This document shows, piece by piece, positions 10,378 to 20,500 of a DNA stretch of 64,000 bases. Numbering within the stretch: the stretch's first letter is position 1; every line of letters starts with the position of its first letter. A model generated the notes under the pieces. It saw nothing but the letters and a program-made list of their open reading frames with translations, did no database searches and had not been told where the DNA came from. Where the stretch lies: positions 19,070 through 83,069 of the IMG/VR virus record IMGVR_UViG_3300028653_000014; one strand, 5' to 3'. This stretch comes from a virus. A program made the position numbers and the translations under genes.

Positions 10378-10895
10378 GTTGCTCCCTTCGGTAGGTCGGC
10401 GGCCCGTCTCCCGTGATTCGCACCTTCGCCCGAGAGCTTCGCCGCCAGTTCGGTCATCACAGCGGTCTGTGATTCGAGCAGAGTCCCGATCCGTGCGAAC
10501 TGTTCGAGGTTCGCCTGATGGTGATCCTCGTTAAGCTTCGCCAGATCGGACAGGTCGGTGCGCGACTCCAACGTGACGATCCGTTCCCGGGCGGTCTGTG
10601 CGAGCGCCTCGGCTTTCGCGGCCTGCTGGTTCAGCCGATCCTTGTCCGCCATCAGATCCTCGATCCGGGCCTGGCGGCTGTTCGCGAGGTCCTCCCACGT
10701 CTCCGCGGCCTTCGTCGCCGTCGCGAGGTTCACCTTCTGCTTCGACCCGTACCAGGCCGTCGCGATACCAGCGACGAGCAGCACGACCGCGGCGACCTCC
10801 TCGAACAGGCCGCCGGTCGAGATGACGGCTGCCAGCCAGCCGAAGGAGGCGATGGCGGTACCGATTAGTTCCTTTGGGTTCATACCGAAGATCAT
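10374..10895 (-). CDS. Membrane-anchored coiled-coil protein (lysis cassette)
   Basis: Two hydrophobic helices followed by heptad-rich coil. Confidence 0.65.
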   Translation of the reverse strand: MIFGMNPKELIGTAIASFGWLAAVISTGGLFEEVAAVVLLVAGIATAWYGSKQKVNLATATKAAETWEDLANSRQARIEDLMADKDRLNQQAAKAEALAQTARERIVTLESRTDLSDLAKLNEDHHQANLEQFARIGTLLESQTAVMTELAAKLSGEGANHGRRAADLPKGAT

Positions 10896-10900
10896 CGCCG

Positions 10901-11470
10901 CTACGGGCTGATTGTAGTCGGGGACGGGACCGGAACCGACTGCACGAAAACGGTCGTGATGCCGCCGCCCGGGGACGTGGTCGCCGGTTTGAGCGCCCGG
11001 TAGGTCGTGAAGACGAGCAGCAGAGCCACGAGGACAGCGGCGCCTGTCGCCGCGATCTGCATACCGGTACCCCAACTGCCGCGCCGGTCGGTCTTCGCCT
11101 CGGTCTGGTACTCCTCCCGCACCACCCCACGGCCGAGTGCCGCATCGACGCGTCCCTGCCACTCGTCACGCTTGTCTAGTTCGGCCTTACGTTGCGCCTC
11201 GTTCGCTGAATAGGTGTCCTGCGACACCGAGTTCTCAGACACTTTCGCGACACGGGCGTTCTCATGGTTCAGATCGCCGAGGTGCCGTTCGATGAAGAAC
11301 CAGATCGTCGCCCCGATGACGGCCGCGAAAGCGAATCGTTCGTTGTTCAACTTCCGGTCAGCCCAGATTTTCTCGTTGAAGAACTCTTTGAGGCTGATGT
11401 CGGTGGCGGACGAGGAGCCGTAGGCAGGGGCAGTGGAACGACTCGCCCCGCCCCCATCGTCGACTGCCAT
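10901..11470 (-). CDS. Membrane/coiled-coil protein (lysis cassette)
   Basis: Two TM-like segments; -10 TACCCT 6 nt before the ATG. Confidence 0.6.
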   Translation of the reverse strand: MAVDDGGGASRSTAPAYGSSSATDISLKEFFNEKIWADRKLNNERFAFAAVIGATIWFFIERHLGDLNHENARVAKVSENSVSQDTYSANEAQRKAELDKRDEWQGRVDAALGRGVVREEYQTEAKTDRRGSWGTGMQIAATGAAVLVALLLVFTTYRALKPATTSPGGGITTVFVQSVPVPSPTTISP

Positions 11471-11482
11471 GACCGGAGGGTA

Positions 11483-11514
11483 CTACGGGTCTCGCGTCCT
11501 ACGGGTCTCGCGTC
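11483..11514. repeat. Perfect 16-bp tandem duplication in a promoter region
   Basis: CTACGGGTCTCGCGTC x2. Confidence 0.9.
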
Positions 11515-11537
11515 TTATTCGCTGCCACGTTGACTCG

Positions 11538-12368
11538 TTATGCTTGGGGAATCCTCGTCGCCATCACCGGCTCGGTGAAGTGATGATGGACCACCACCGT
11601 TGTCGCCCCGGAACTTCCGCCGGGCTGCTGAGTCGCGACGATCTTCACCGTTCCACCGTCAGGGTAGAGCCGATACCCGGGATAATTGCCGTACGCGACG
11701 ACGGGGTTTGACCTCGCCGAGTCGAGCGTGTTAACAGGCCACTGCCAACGACCGACGCTCTGCGCGCTCAGCCCACCATTCGGCTCAAACTGCACACCAC
11801 CCACGAATCCTTCCGGATCTTCGGTGTCGCCGACGACCAGGTAGAAGCCGGTGTCTGCCCATTCGACCGTCGTGTCGATGAGCACCCATTCGACGGCGCC
11901 GTTGGCGGGGACGGTGATCTCGGCAATGAACACGATCCCGAGTTGGACGTTCCCGTCGGCCGTCGGATCGGACAAAGACGCGACGTCGGTGTCGATGACG
12001 AGTGTGGTTCGATTGGTAGCCGGATCGTAGGTCGCGCTCGAATTGGCGTAGTTGCCGTCGTTGCCGGTCGAACCGGAGATAACGAATCCTGCCCCGTTCG
12101 GGACGAGCGCGAGCGGAACGGCGACGGCGGTCTGGTCGCCAACGACCTCCAAGGTCTGCGCGTCGAGATCGACCGCGACGATCGGGAGAAGTGCAGGCTG
12201 GAAGTCAGTGACGTTGATCTGGACGACCTCGTCAGTGGCCCCTCCGATCTGCGTCTCCGACCCATCCGGGTTCACCAACCAGACCGTCGCATCGGCCTTC
12301 TGGATTAGCCCAGGCTCCATCTCGTCCGTCTCGCGATTGCCCTTCAGGAACTGCTGGATCAGACTCAT
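11538..12368 (-). CDS. Minor tail/virion protein
   Basis: Beta-rich and acidic; end of the tail module. Confidence 0.6.
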   Translation of the reverse strand: MSLIQQFLKGNRETDEMEPGLIQKADATVWLVNPDGSETQIGGATDEVVQINVTDFQPALLPIVAVDLDAQTLEVVGDQTAVAVPLALVPNGAGFVISGSTGNDGNYANSSATYDPATNRTTLVIDTDVASLSDPTADGNVQLGIVFIAEITVPANGAVEWVLIDTTVEWADTGFYLVVGDTEDPEGFVGGVQFEPNGGLSAQSVGRWQWPVNTLDSARSNPVVAYGNYPGYRLYPDGGTVKIVATQQPGGSSGATTVVVHHHFTEPVMATRIPQA

Positions 12369-12371
12369 CAG

Positions 12372-12554
12372 CTACTCCAACTCCTGCGAGGTTTCCGCGG
12401 TCACGCCAGCGTTACCGGCCACAAGCACGAGGTTGCCAGCGGCAATCTGCCCCTGCATCCACCGATCCGCGAGTTGCTCCGCGCTGAGCGTCACGATGTC
12501 GCCCGGGTGGGCATCGCCGATGTTCACCGTCACCCGGTAGTCGGCGTCGTCCAC
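12372..12554 (-). CDS. Small hypothetical protein (probably leaderless)
   Basis: GTG 12554 lies 8 nt after -10 TAGCAT. Confidence 0.5.
   Translation of the reverse strand: MDDADYRVTVNIGDAHPGDIVTLSAEQLADRWMQGQIAAGNLVLVAGNAGVTAETSQELE
12399..12416. repeat. 18-bp pseudo-palindrome, copy 3 (intragenic)
   Basis: GGTCACGCCAGCGTTACC. Confidence 0.8.
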
Positions 12555-12591
12555 GCGCGCTAATGCTACCGCGGCAGATGCAACGTCAGAT

Positions 12592-13689
12592 TCAATCCCT
12601 GGCGCGGAACATAAGGTCGAATACCGGAGTCGTAGGCGGCGGTGGAGGAGGGCACTCAGGCCCCGGCCCAGACGCAAGAGACATCGACCCGCCGACGGTA
12701 TACGTCGACGCGATCCCCGCCCAGGAACCAGTAATATCCTGGCCGGTGATCGGTAGCCCGGACGCGACCTGCTCGGCGTAGACCATCGATGCGAGCATCC
12801 CGTCGCTGTTGCCGTCCCAGTCGTCGAACTCTTCCACCGTCGAGATAGCCCCTGACCCCCACGTCCAAACGCCAGAGGAGCCACCGTCGTAGTTGCCGTA
12901 CGGGCCTGGGTTGCCAGGCGTCCAGATAGACCCGTGGTTCGCATCGACAACGACGTAGGTGATTAGATCGGCGGGGCCGAGGATCTCATAGTCGGGATAG
13001 ACAACCGTCGGCGTCATCTGAGGGTCGATAATGAACGGAGGCCCGACAGTGCCGGTCGTATCGGGAGCGGCGTTCTCCGTACCTGAGTTGTAGCTCCATG
13101 TGGCGCCGCTCTGAGAGAGATCATCGGGGATATCGTGATATTCCCCGAACGGCCCCAAGTAGGAGGCGCCTCCAAACGCATCCTGTGCCCAACTGCTTAA
13201 CGGCGTATCGACTGGCAACGATGGGTCTCGTTGCAATTGAACCCCCGTGTAGGCGACCGCGAAGAACCTGATCGCGGTCGGGCCGGGGAACTCTATTTCG
13301 AGGATCAGATTGTTCGACGTCGTGATGGGGTTGAGAACACAGCCGAGTTGATACTGGGCGTGACCGCCAACCGAACCGCCGAGGTTCGAGTAGCTGTCAC
13401 CGAACTTCCCGAAGATGAGTGGGAACCCGTGGCTGGTGCCGTTGTACGGGTTCAGACCGTTCGAGAACATGCAGAACCCATAGAACGCGTCGGTTGCAGC
13501 ATCGTCGGAGAAGCTATAGCCCTGGATCGTGTGACCGGGAGGGACGACTGCGACGTAACAAATCTGGATTAGCGTCGCGCCCGTAGTCGGGTCGGACCGC
13601 GGAATGTTCTGCGTGAACGGCACCGAGATCGTCGCCGCCCCACCGACGTGGCTACCGGAAGCGACGATACCTAGTGATGCGACAGTCAT
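12592..13689 (-). CDS. Minor tail / receptor-binding protein, paralog A
   Basis: Shares N- and C-terminal motifs with 13689-14633. Confidence 0.65.
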   Translation of the reverse strand: MTVASLGIVASGSHVGGAATISVPFTQNIPRSDPTTGATLIQICYVAVVPPGHTIQGYSFSDDAATDAFYGFCMFSNGLNPYNGTSHGFPLIFGKFGDSYSNLGGSVGGHAQYQLGCVLNPITTSNNLILEIEFPGPTAIRFFAVAYTGVQLQRDPSLPVDTPLSSWAQDAFGGASYLGPFGEYHDIPDDLSQSGATWSYNSGTENAAPDTTGTVGPPFIIDPQMTPTVVYPDYEILGPADLITYVVVDANHGSIWTPGNPGPYGNYDGGSSGVWTWGSGAISTVEEFDDWDGNSDGMLASMVYAEQVASGLPITGQDITGSWAGIASTYTVGGSMSLASGPGPECPPPPPPTTPVFDLMFRARD

Positions 13690-14633
13690 CAGTCGAGGGC
13701 GCGGAAGCGATGATTGAAGACGGGGATGGCCTCGGGAGGCGGGATGTCAAGCCAGATCGGGCCGAGGCCTTCGAGCATCATGTAGCCGAATCCGAGGGCG
13801 GCGAGGTTCGTGTCTGCGGTCGACCAGGTGCCGTCGAGGTCGTCGTTGAACTCGATAGGCGATAGCGGCTTCTCGAAAACGCAGAGCGAGTAGGAGGGCG
13901 GCGTCGAGGGGCCGACGAGTCCGGTTGGCATGTTGATCTGGGAGCCGATCTCCGTCCAGGTTCCATCGGCGGGTGTGAAGTCTCCAGGGTCGACCGTACA
14001 GAACGGCGAACTGGAAACGAAGTAAAGGCCGATTGATCCCTGCTCGATCGACCAGTTCGGGTAGCCGATCGGGTACGGCTCGGTCAGCACAACACCGAAG
14101 GGCGTGCTCCCTCCCTGCGTCCATTCCCAGCTAACACCGTAGGCGGACGGGCCACCAATCGGGTTGCTCCCGACCAGTCCGCGCGGCCCTGGGATATGCC
14201 CCTCGTCGAACCAGACATTCGCGGGAAGGTCGGCCACCTGATAGGCGGGGTAGGGCTGGTTGTTGACCTGAACGCCCGTATAGGCGACAGCGATGCAGAA
14301 CGAGTAGGTGACTGGCGACCCGGAAAAGGTGATAGTGATCGTGTCGCTCGAAGCCGTGAGCGGGTTGAGGATCAGACCCATGAAGGTGCCGCCGACTTGG
14401 TACCACGGGTTCGTGCCCGCCGTGTAGAGATGGGTCGAGTAGAAGGAATCGGTCGGGGCATCGTCGCTCGCAGACAGAGCGCTCTCGGGATCTATCTGGA
14501 TGACATTGACAATCACGACCGATGCGCCGAGCGTCGGGTCGGAGCGTGGCACATCGACCATCACCGGGATGTCGATCGTCGAGCCGCCTGTACCAACCCC
14601 GGTTCCGATCACGCCGAGCGACGCGACAGCCAT
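13689..14633 (-). CDS. Minor tail / receptor-binding protein, paralog B
   Basis: MAVASLGVIG...PRSDPT...AVAYTGVQ...PVFNHRFRALD. Confidence 0.65.
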   Translation of the reverse strand: MAVASLGVIGTGVGTGGSTIDIPVMVDVPRSDPTLGASVVIVNVIQIDPESALSASDDAPTDSFYSTHLYTAGTNPWYQVGGTFMGLILNPLTASSDTITITFSGSPVTYSFCIAVAYTGVQVNNQPYPAYQVADLPANVWFDEGHIPGPRGLVGSNPIGGPSAYGVSWEWTQGGSTPFGVVLTEPYPIGYPNWSIEQGSIGLYFVSSSPFCTVDPGDFTPADGTWTEIGSQINMPTGLVGPSTPPSYSLCVFEKPLSPIEFNDDLDGTWSTADTNLAALGFGYMMLEGLGPIWLDIPPPEAIPVFNHRFRALD

Positions 14634-15037
14634 CAGATAGCTCCCTGGGTGACATAGGTGACGGAGCCGTCGGTGCCGATGATGCACGTCCAGACACCGG
14701 AGCCGTCCGTCAGCGACCCCGTGATCGCCTGCGGATAAAGCGGTGCATACTCTGGCGGCAGAGTGAACACCACAGTGCCGTCGGAGCCACCAGTGAAAGC
14801 ACCGCGAATGTGCGTCCAGTTGCTGAACCGTTTGAAGCTGACAGGTGCCTGACCGCTAAATACGTTCCCCCAGCCGTTCTCGAACGGCGGCGACTCCGGC
14901 GTCGTGTTCGCATCGCCTGGATAGGTTCCGACGTAGATCCACGGGCTTGACCCGTCCGAACGTTCGACCGCGGTCAAACGGGCGTTGTGCTGCTTCAACG
15001 CCAGATCGACCGATAGTTGATTGACGGAGGACGTCAA
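14633..15037 (-). CDS. Minor tail protein
   Basis: FENGWGN...VVFTLPPEYAP...IGTDGSV, a tail-fibre-type motif. Confidence 0.7.
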   Translation of the reverse strand: MTSSVNQLSVDLALKQHNARLTAVERSDGSSPWIYVGTYPGDANTTPESPPFENGWGNVFSGQAPVSFKRFSNWTHIRGAFTGGSDGTVVFTLPPEYAPLYPQAITGSLTDGSGVWTCIIGTDGSVTYVTQGAI

Positions 15038-16638
15038 CAGGTACCCGCCGTGTCAATCGCCGTGATGGAGATCGTGAACCCCGTGCCGCTGCCCGGAGAT
15101 GAGCCGCCTGTCTCCGTCGTTATGCCTGACCCTGGCGGATCGCCGTCGCCAACCGCATAACCGGACCCGGCGTCGGTGATCGTGTACGTCACGACCGCGC
15201 CGCCGCTCACGGAGTCGACGATGTAGGTGGCCTCCTGGTTCCCTGTGTCGATGAACCCCGTATCCCCGATCACGTACCCGGTGCCACCGTCGACAAGTTC
15301 GGTTGTGACGATAGCCCCGACCTGCCGCCAGTCCGGCGACGTCACCAGCCCGACGATCTCCTCGATCCCGTCGTCGGTGATCTGCACCGGGATCGTCTGC
15401 ACCCGCTGGAACCCAGCCGCCGTCACACGGAGTTTGTTCGGCGCGTAGACCGGCGCCCGGTCGCCGATGTTGTAGTCGAGCAGCGGGATAGGTGACCGTT
15501 CCGGGATCGGGTCCATCGTCAGCGTCCGCTTCCCCTGCTTCCCCAACGTCAGCGCCTGCTGGAGCAGTTGAAGGATCGCCGCCGGGTTTATCAGGTCCGT
15601 CTGGTTCGGCTGGAACTGCGTCGACCAGTAAGGCCCGAACGTGTCGATGCTCGCGTCCGACGGGATCAGCGGGCCGAGCAACGGTGTCGGAACGTTGCCA
15701 CCAGCACCGCCGAAGTACAAACCGAGATTCAGGAACCCGCCAGGGGTCGCGTCGTGCATCCGGTCGATCCTTTTCAGATTCCGCCGGAGCATCGCCCATG
15801 AGAAGATCGAGTTCGGCCGCTCGCACCCGGCCAGGTTGTAGATCGACAGTTCATGCGTGTAGCCAGGCCGGTTGACCGGGTCGTAGATCGGGGTGAGCAC
15901 GATGTCGCAGTTGCCCGCGTCGCACAGTTGCGTCCAGGTGTCCGCGACCGTGTTGCCGGAGGTGAGCGTCAGATCGATCACCGGGGTGATCTCCAACGTT
16001 CCCTGGTAGAACGACGTGCCGCCCCAGTCCTGATACTGGTCTCCCTCACCGCTCCGTGAGCCGTCCCCGGCGTCGATGAACGAACCGTTCCCTCCGGTGC
16101 CTGGCGGGCCGACGAAAGACGGTGTTGGCCCCCACTGTCCGGCGGCTATCGCGTCGAGGGCAGCCTTGTAGACGGTGAGCGCCCAGTAGGTGCCGTTGTA
16201 CGGCCCCAGGAAGTTGTAACCCTGCGGCCCCGGCAAACCACCGGAAGCCCACACGGGCCACGCCGCCATCAGCGCCCACGGGTCGAACGCAGTGAAGTTC
16301 GTCAACGGGATGTCCGTGTCGGCCTCGTCCTCCGGCTGCATCAGAATCCCGGCGCCGCGGCACACCCACGGGTCCTGCGGCGTCGACCCGATCGGGGCCG
16401 GTGCCTCACGGCGGAACGCGTACACGAGTCGGTTCGTCTGCGCGACCAGAGGGTAGCCGTCCGTGAACAGCAGATTCACCCGAGGGTCGTCCGGGTACAC
16501 CGACGCGGCTATCTGGGCTGGCTGGTCGAGGTTGAACGTCAGCGTACGATTCGTCAGCAGGCCATCCGCCCACGTCGTCGTGACCGTGTTCAGGTCAGTG
16601 AAGATGAACCGCCACGGCAAACCTACGTACTGCGCCAT
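15034..16638 (-). CDS. Baseplate hub / minor tail protein
   Basis: Second gene after the tape measure; YNIGDRAPV...RVQTI. Confidence 0.7.
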   Translation of the reverse strand: MAQYVGLPWRFIFTDLNTVTTTWADGLLTNRTLTFNLDQPAQIAASVYPDDPRVNLLFTDGYPLVAQTNRLVYAFRREAPAPIGSTPQDPWVCRGAGILMQPEDEADTDIPLTNFTAFDPWALMAAWPVWASGGLPGPQGYNFLGPYNGTYWALTVYKAALDAIAAGQWGPTPSFVGPPGTGGNGSFIDAGDGSRSGEGDQYQDWGGTSFYQGTLEITPVIDLTLTSGNTVADTWTQLCDAGNCDIVLTPIYDPVNRPGYTHELSIYNLAGCERPNSIFSWAMLRRNLKRIDRMHDATPGGFLNLGLYFGGAGGNVPTPLLGPLIPSDASIDTFGPYWSTQFQPNQTDLINPAAILQLLQQALTLGKQGKRTLTMDPIPERSPIPLLDYNIGDRAPVYAPNKLRVTAAGFQRVQTIPVQITDDGIEEIVGLVTSPDWRQVGAIVTTELVDGGTGYVIGDTGFIDTGNQEATYIVDSVSGGAVVTYTITDAGSGYAVGDGDPPGSGITTETGGSSPGSGTGFTISITAIDTAGTC

Positions 16639-16649
16639 CAGGTGATCCC

Positions 16650-16667
16650 GGTCACGCGCGCGTTACC
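16650..16667. repeat. 18-bp pseudo-palindrome, copy 4
   Basis: GGTCACGCGCGCGTTACC. Confidence 0.9.
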
Positions 16668-16668
16668 G

Positions 16669-17580
16669 CTACGCGTAGGCGTTGTTGTAGAGGACGGTCG
16701 CTGACGCGCCGACGATCTCGACGTGCGACCCGCCGGGAGCGATCTGGAAGAAGTCCGTCGCGGTCGCCGTCAGAGACGCGCCCAAATCGGTGGAGGAGCC
16801 GTCCAGGTAGACGGTGCCGTCGAAGAAGTTGATCTCCGCGTAGTGACCGCCAGCGATGGCGGTGCCGTCGTAGACGACCTGCTCCCCCGTGTCGGTGTCC
16901 GTGATCGTGAATGACGAGGTCGCCCCAGCCACCCGAATCACGGGAAACACTGGCGCGTCACCCGCGTTCGGGAGGAGCACCGGCCCCCCACCGTCAGTCA
17001 GCGCGGACGGGGTGTTCTCCGTCCCGTCGATCGCGTACGGGAACGGCGACTCGACCTGGAACGTCACATACGTGAAGTCGTCGTCGCCCGTACCGCCGAC
17101 TACCGGGTCGATCCACGCAAGCGTCTGGATCGCCTGCAGGAGCCGTGAGTCGCCCAGACCGGTCGGGAACCAGATGAGCCTCTGGGACGTGTTCGGCGTG
17201 GCAGACGCCGTCAGGAGCGCTTGCAGGTGCAGGATCAGATGCTCGTGCATCAGCCGCAGGTCCGAGTTGCACGCCGGGACCACCTGCCCGCCGCCGTCCA
17301 CGGTCGCCGGGTAGATGCCGTCCTCGCTGATCGCGTAGCGAACCTTGATCGTCGCGCCCAGCCCCGACGTGAACCTCGGATGCAGCACCGAACCGTCCTG
17401 TTGCGAGATGTTGTCGGCCGTCACCCGCATCGTCGGCACGATCTTGTACCCGTCAGGCTCGATCAGGAAGACCGCGTTGTCGACGCCGCCCGATGATCCC
17501 GCCGTGAGCACCTCGTTGAAGGTGAGACTGCCGAGCGGCGACATCAGCACGTGCGGGACGGCGAACTCAAGATTCGGCAT
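16669..17580 (-). CDS. Distal tail protein (Dit-like)
   Basis: Follows the tape measure; QQDG, SPFPY, NAGDAPVFPVI, FFQIAPG. Confidence 0.75.
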   Translation of the reverse strand: MPNLEFAVPHVLMSPLGSLTFNEVLTAGSSGGVDNAVFLIEPDGYKIVPTMRVTADNISQQDGSVLHPRFTSGLGATIKVRYAISEDGIYPATVDGGGQVVPACNSDLRLMHEHLILHLQALLTASATPNTSQRLIWFPTGLGDSRLLQAIQTLAWIDPVVGGTGDDDFTYVTFQVESPFPYAIDGTENTPSALTDGGGPVLLPNAGDAPVFPVIRVAGATSSFTITDTDTGEQVVYDGTAIAGGHYAEINFFDGTVYLDGSSTDLGASLTATATDFFQIAPGGSHVEIVGASATVLYNNAYA

Positions 17581-17582
17581 GG

Positions 17583-20500
17583 CTAACGCGTCGCCCCGGT
17601 GAGATTCGTCGACGTCTTCTTCTGCCTGCCAGGGTTACGGCCGAGCGCGTTCGGGTTCACCTTCACGGCCTTCTCCGCCGCAAGGGTGTCGGCGATCGTC
17701 TTCGTGTTAGTCGCGATCTTCTTCTGCAACGCCGTGTTCGCCTTCGCGATTGTCAACTGCTGCTGCGCGACGTCGCGTTGCTGCTGCGCCACCAGCAACG
17801 CCGGTTGCACGATTGTGGCCTCCTGGCCGCTCCCGGTCGCGCCGCCCGTGAACCCGTTCAACGCCTTCGCCTGATCCTGGATGCCCTTCAGTTGCGCGTT
17901 GAAACCGTCCGCGAACGACGTGCCGAGCAGCTTCCCAGCCGTCTTGTAGCTGACCCCGTCCCTCTTCAGCAACGCCAGCAACTGATCGCGCCCCTTCGTG
18001 ACCGACAGCCGCCCGGTGTTGATCCCGTCCGTGATGTCGTTGATCGTCCGGGTCGCGGTGATCTTCCGCTGGTTCACCTGATCCTGGGCAACCGACAGGG
18101 ACGCCTGCTGGTACTGCTGCAGGAACGACTCGATGTACGGCTTCGTCGCCGTCGACGCCTTCGCGGCCAGCGACTGCAGTTCCGCAACCGCCTTGTTCGG
18201 GTCGGTCGACAACTGCTTGCCGCCCGGCAGCAGCGCGCTCCGGCGCAACTGGTCGAGCGAGAGCTTGTTTTGGGCCAACGTCAGCTTGTTCTGGAGGTTC
18301 GTCAGCGGCTGGTCGAGCACCGACCCGACACTCGACGCCAACGATTGCCCGATCGATGCGAGGTTCTGCTTCGCCTGGTTGATCGAGTTCGTCAGGTCGA
18401 TGGCGTTCTGCTGGATCGTCTGGCCGAGTTTCTCGTTCAGCAACCCGATCCTCTGCTGGGCCTCAGAGATCGCCTGCGCGTTCGTGTTAGAGGCCGTGGT
18501 CGCCGCCGCGATACCGGACTTCAGTGCCGCCTGGATCTGATCCTGGGCGCCCTGGATGGCCGCGTTGATCGGGTCGAGGAACAACGTCGCGAACCTCTGC
18601 CCGGCCGTCTGCGCTGAGGCAGCAGACAGCGGGTCGGGTAGCGCGTTGAAGAGAGCCGCCACACCGTTCCCGAGGCCCTTCCCCTCAGCGACCGCAGCCG
18701 TCAGCGACTGCGTGAAGTTGTCGCCTGTAGCCGTCCCTGCGTTCGTCGCGTACTGCGGCAACTCGTTCAGCCTCGTGACGATGTCACTGAGGCTCGTGGT
18801 GGCACTTCGGTTGTCGAGGATGAAGTTGATTTCCTTCTGGGTCGGTATCCGCCCGACCGTCAGGGTGAACTGAGAGAGCAGATCGAGGTTCTGACGTATC
18901 GTGGGCGTCAGGTTCTTCTGTGCGGCGGCGTCAGCCTGAATGCCCTGAGCGAAGTCGAGCGCCGCCTTCTGACGTGCTGCAGCAAAGTTTGACGCCGACT
19001 GGCCGGGGGTGGCCCCGACACCAGCACGCGTCCCACCGATCGGAACGTTGGCGTTCGTCGCCTGCGTCTTCAACGCCGCCACGAGGTCCTGTGCGGTCTT
19101 CTTCGCGGCAGTCTGACCTGTGGAGATTTTCGTCAGGTCGCTCTGGTACTGCGCCCGTGCGGCCTTTTGCTGCTGCAACGCCGCGTCAAGGTCGAGCACC
19201 GCCTGCTTGTAGGCAAGCGTTCCCTTCTTCCCGGCCGAGAGTTCGCTGTTCGCCTTCGCCTGCTGCACCGCGAGGTTCGCCTGCGCCAGAGAAAGTTTGT
19301 CCTGCGGGGTCGCCGCGAGTGCGGTGTTCAGATCGGTGATGCTCGATACGAAGTTTCGGTTTGCAGCCGTCGCGTCCGACTCCCGCGTTGCGAGATAGAC
19401 AATCCCGGCGGTAAGCCCGGCGATACCGACAACCGCAAGACCGACCGGGCCGGTCAGAGCGGCGATCCCACCCGCCAGCAGGCCGACGCCCTCCGCCCCG
19501 CCCGCCTCTACCGCCGATGCCGCTATCGCCTCGTTCGCAGCCACGACGGCAGCCGCGTTCGTCTCCACCGCCGCCGTGGTTGAGAACAGCCCTTCTACGA
19601 GCAGACTCAGGTTGCCGATGATCGTCCCGATCTTCCAGCCGAACCAGACGGCAGCCATGATCTTCACGGCGTTCCCCAATCCGCCCACGGCGCTGATGAC
19701 GGCCTGCAGGGGCGGCAGCACCGTCGACAGCACGTCCTTGACGCCGCCGATGATCTGCTTCGCGTCCGAGAGGGCCGAGTTCACGTCGCGCTGCAACTTC
19801 CCGGACTGCGTCATCTTCGTCAGCCATGCCCCGAGTTCCGACGTCAGACTCGACAGGGCCGGGAGCAGTGCGGCACCGATCACGTCCTTCGCGTTCGAGA
19901 ACGCCGCCGACAGTTGCCGCTGCTCGTTCGCGTAGTCGTGCGCGTGCGCGGCGGCCTGCTGCTGGAACTGGCCGAGATTCTCCGTCGCGAGCGCGTAGAT
20001 CGCCTCAGCCTTCTGCGCCGGGTTCAACGCCTGCGTGATCGAATCCGTCAGGCCCAGTTTGAACGCCGCGATCTTCTCGGACGTCGTGTCGACCGAGATG
20101 CCGAGTTGCTTCAACCCTCGGGTGTTGCCTGCCGCGGCCAGCACGATGCTCTGCAGCACCTGTGAAGGGTCGACGCCCTTGATCGCGGACAGTGACCCGG
20201 CGAGAGACTCGAACCCCTGAGTCATCCGGGCCGCCAACGACGGCGCGATGTCGAGGTTCTTGAAGAGGATGCCGAACCGCGCCGACGTGGCGTCCGCCGT
20301 TTGGGCGCTGATCCCGAGCGCCTGAGCGCCCTTCTCACCAAACGCCGTCAGCGCGTCACCCGACTTGCCGAACTCCTCCTGGATCACCTCCTGCGACTTC
20401 TGCAGGTTCGCGGCGCTGCCGACGACGTCCTTCGCGAACTTGACCGCGAACGCCGCCCCGATCCCGACGCCCAGCACCTTCGAAAGGCTGAACACCTTCG

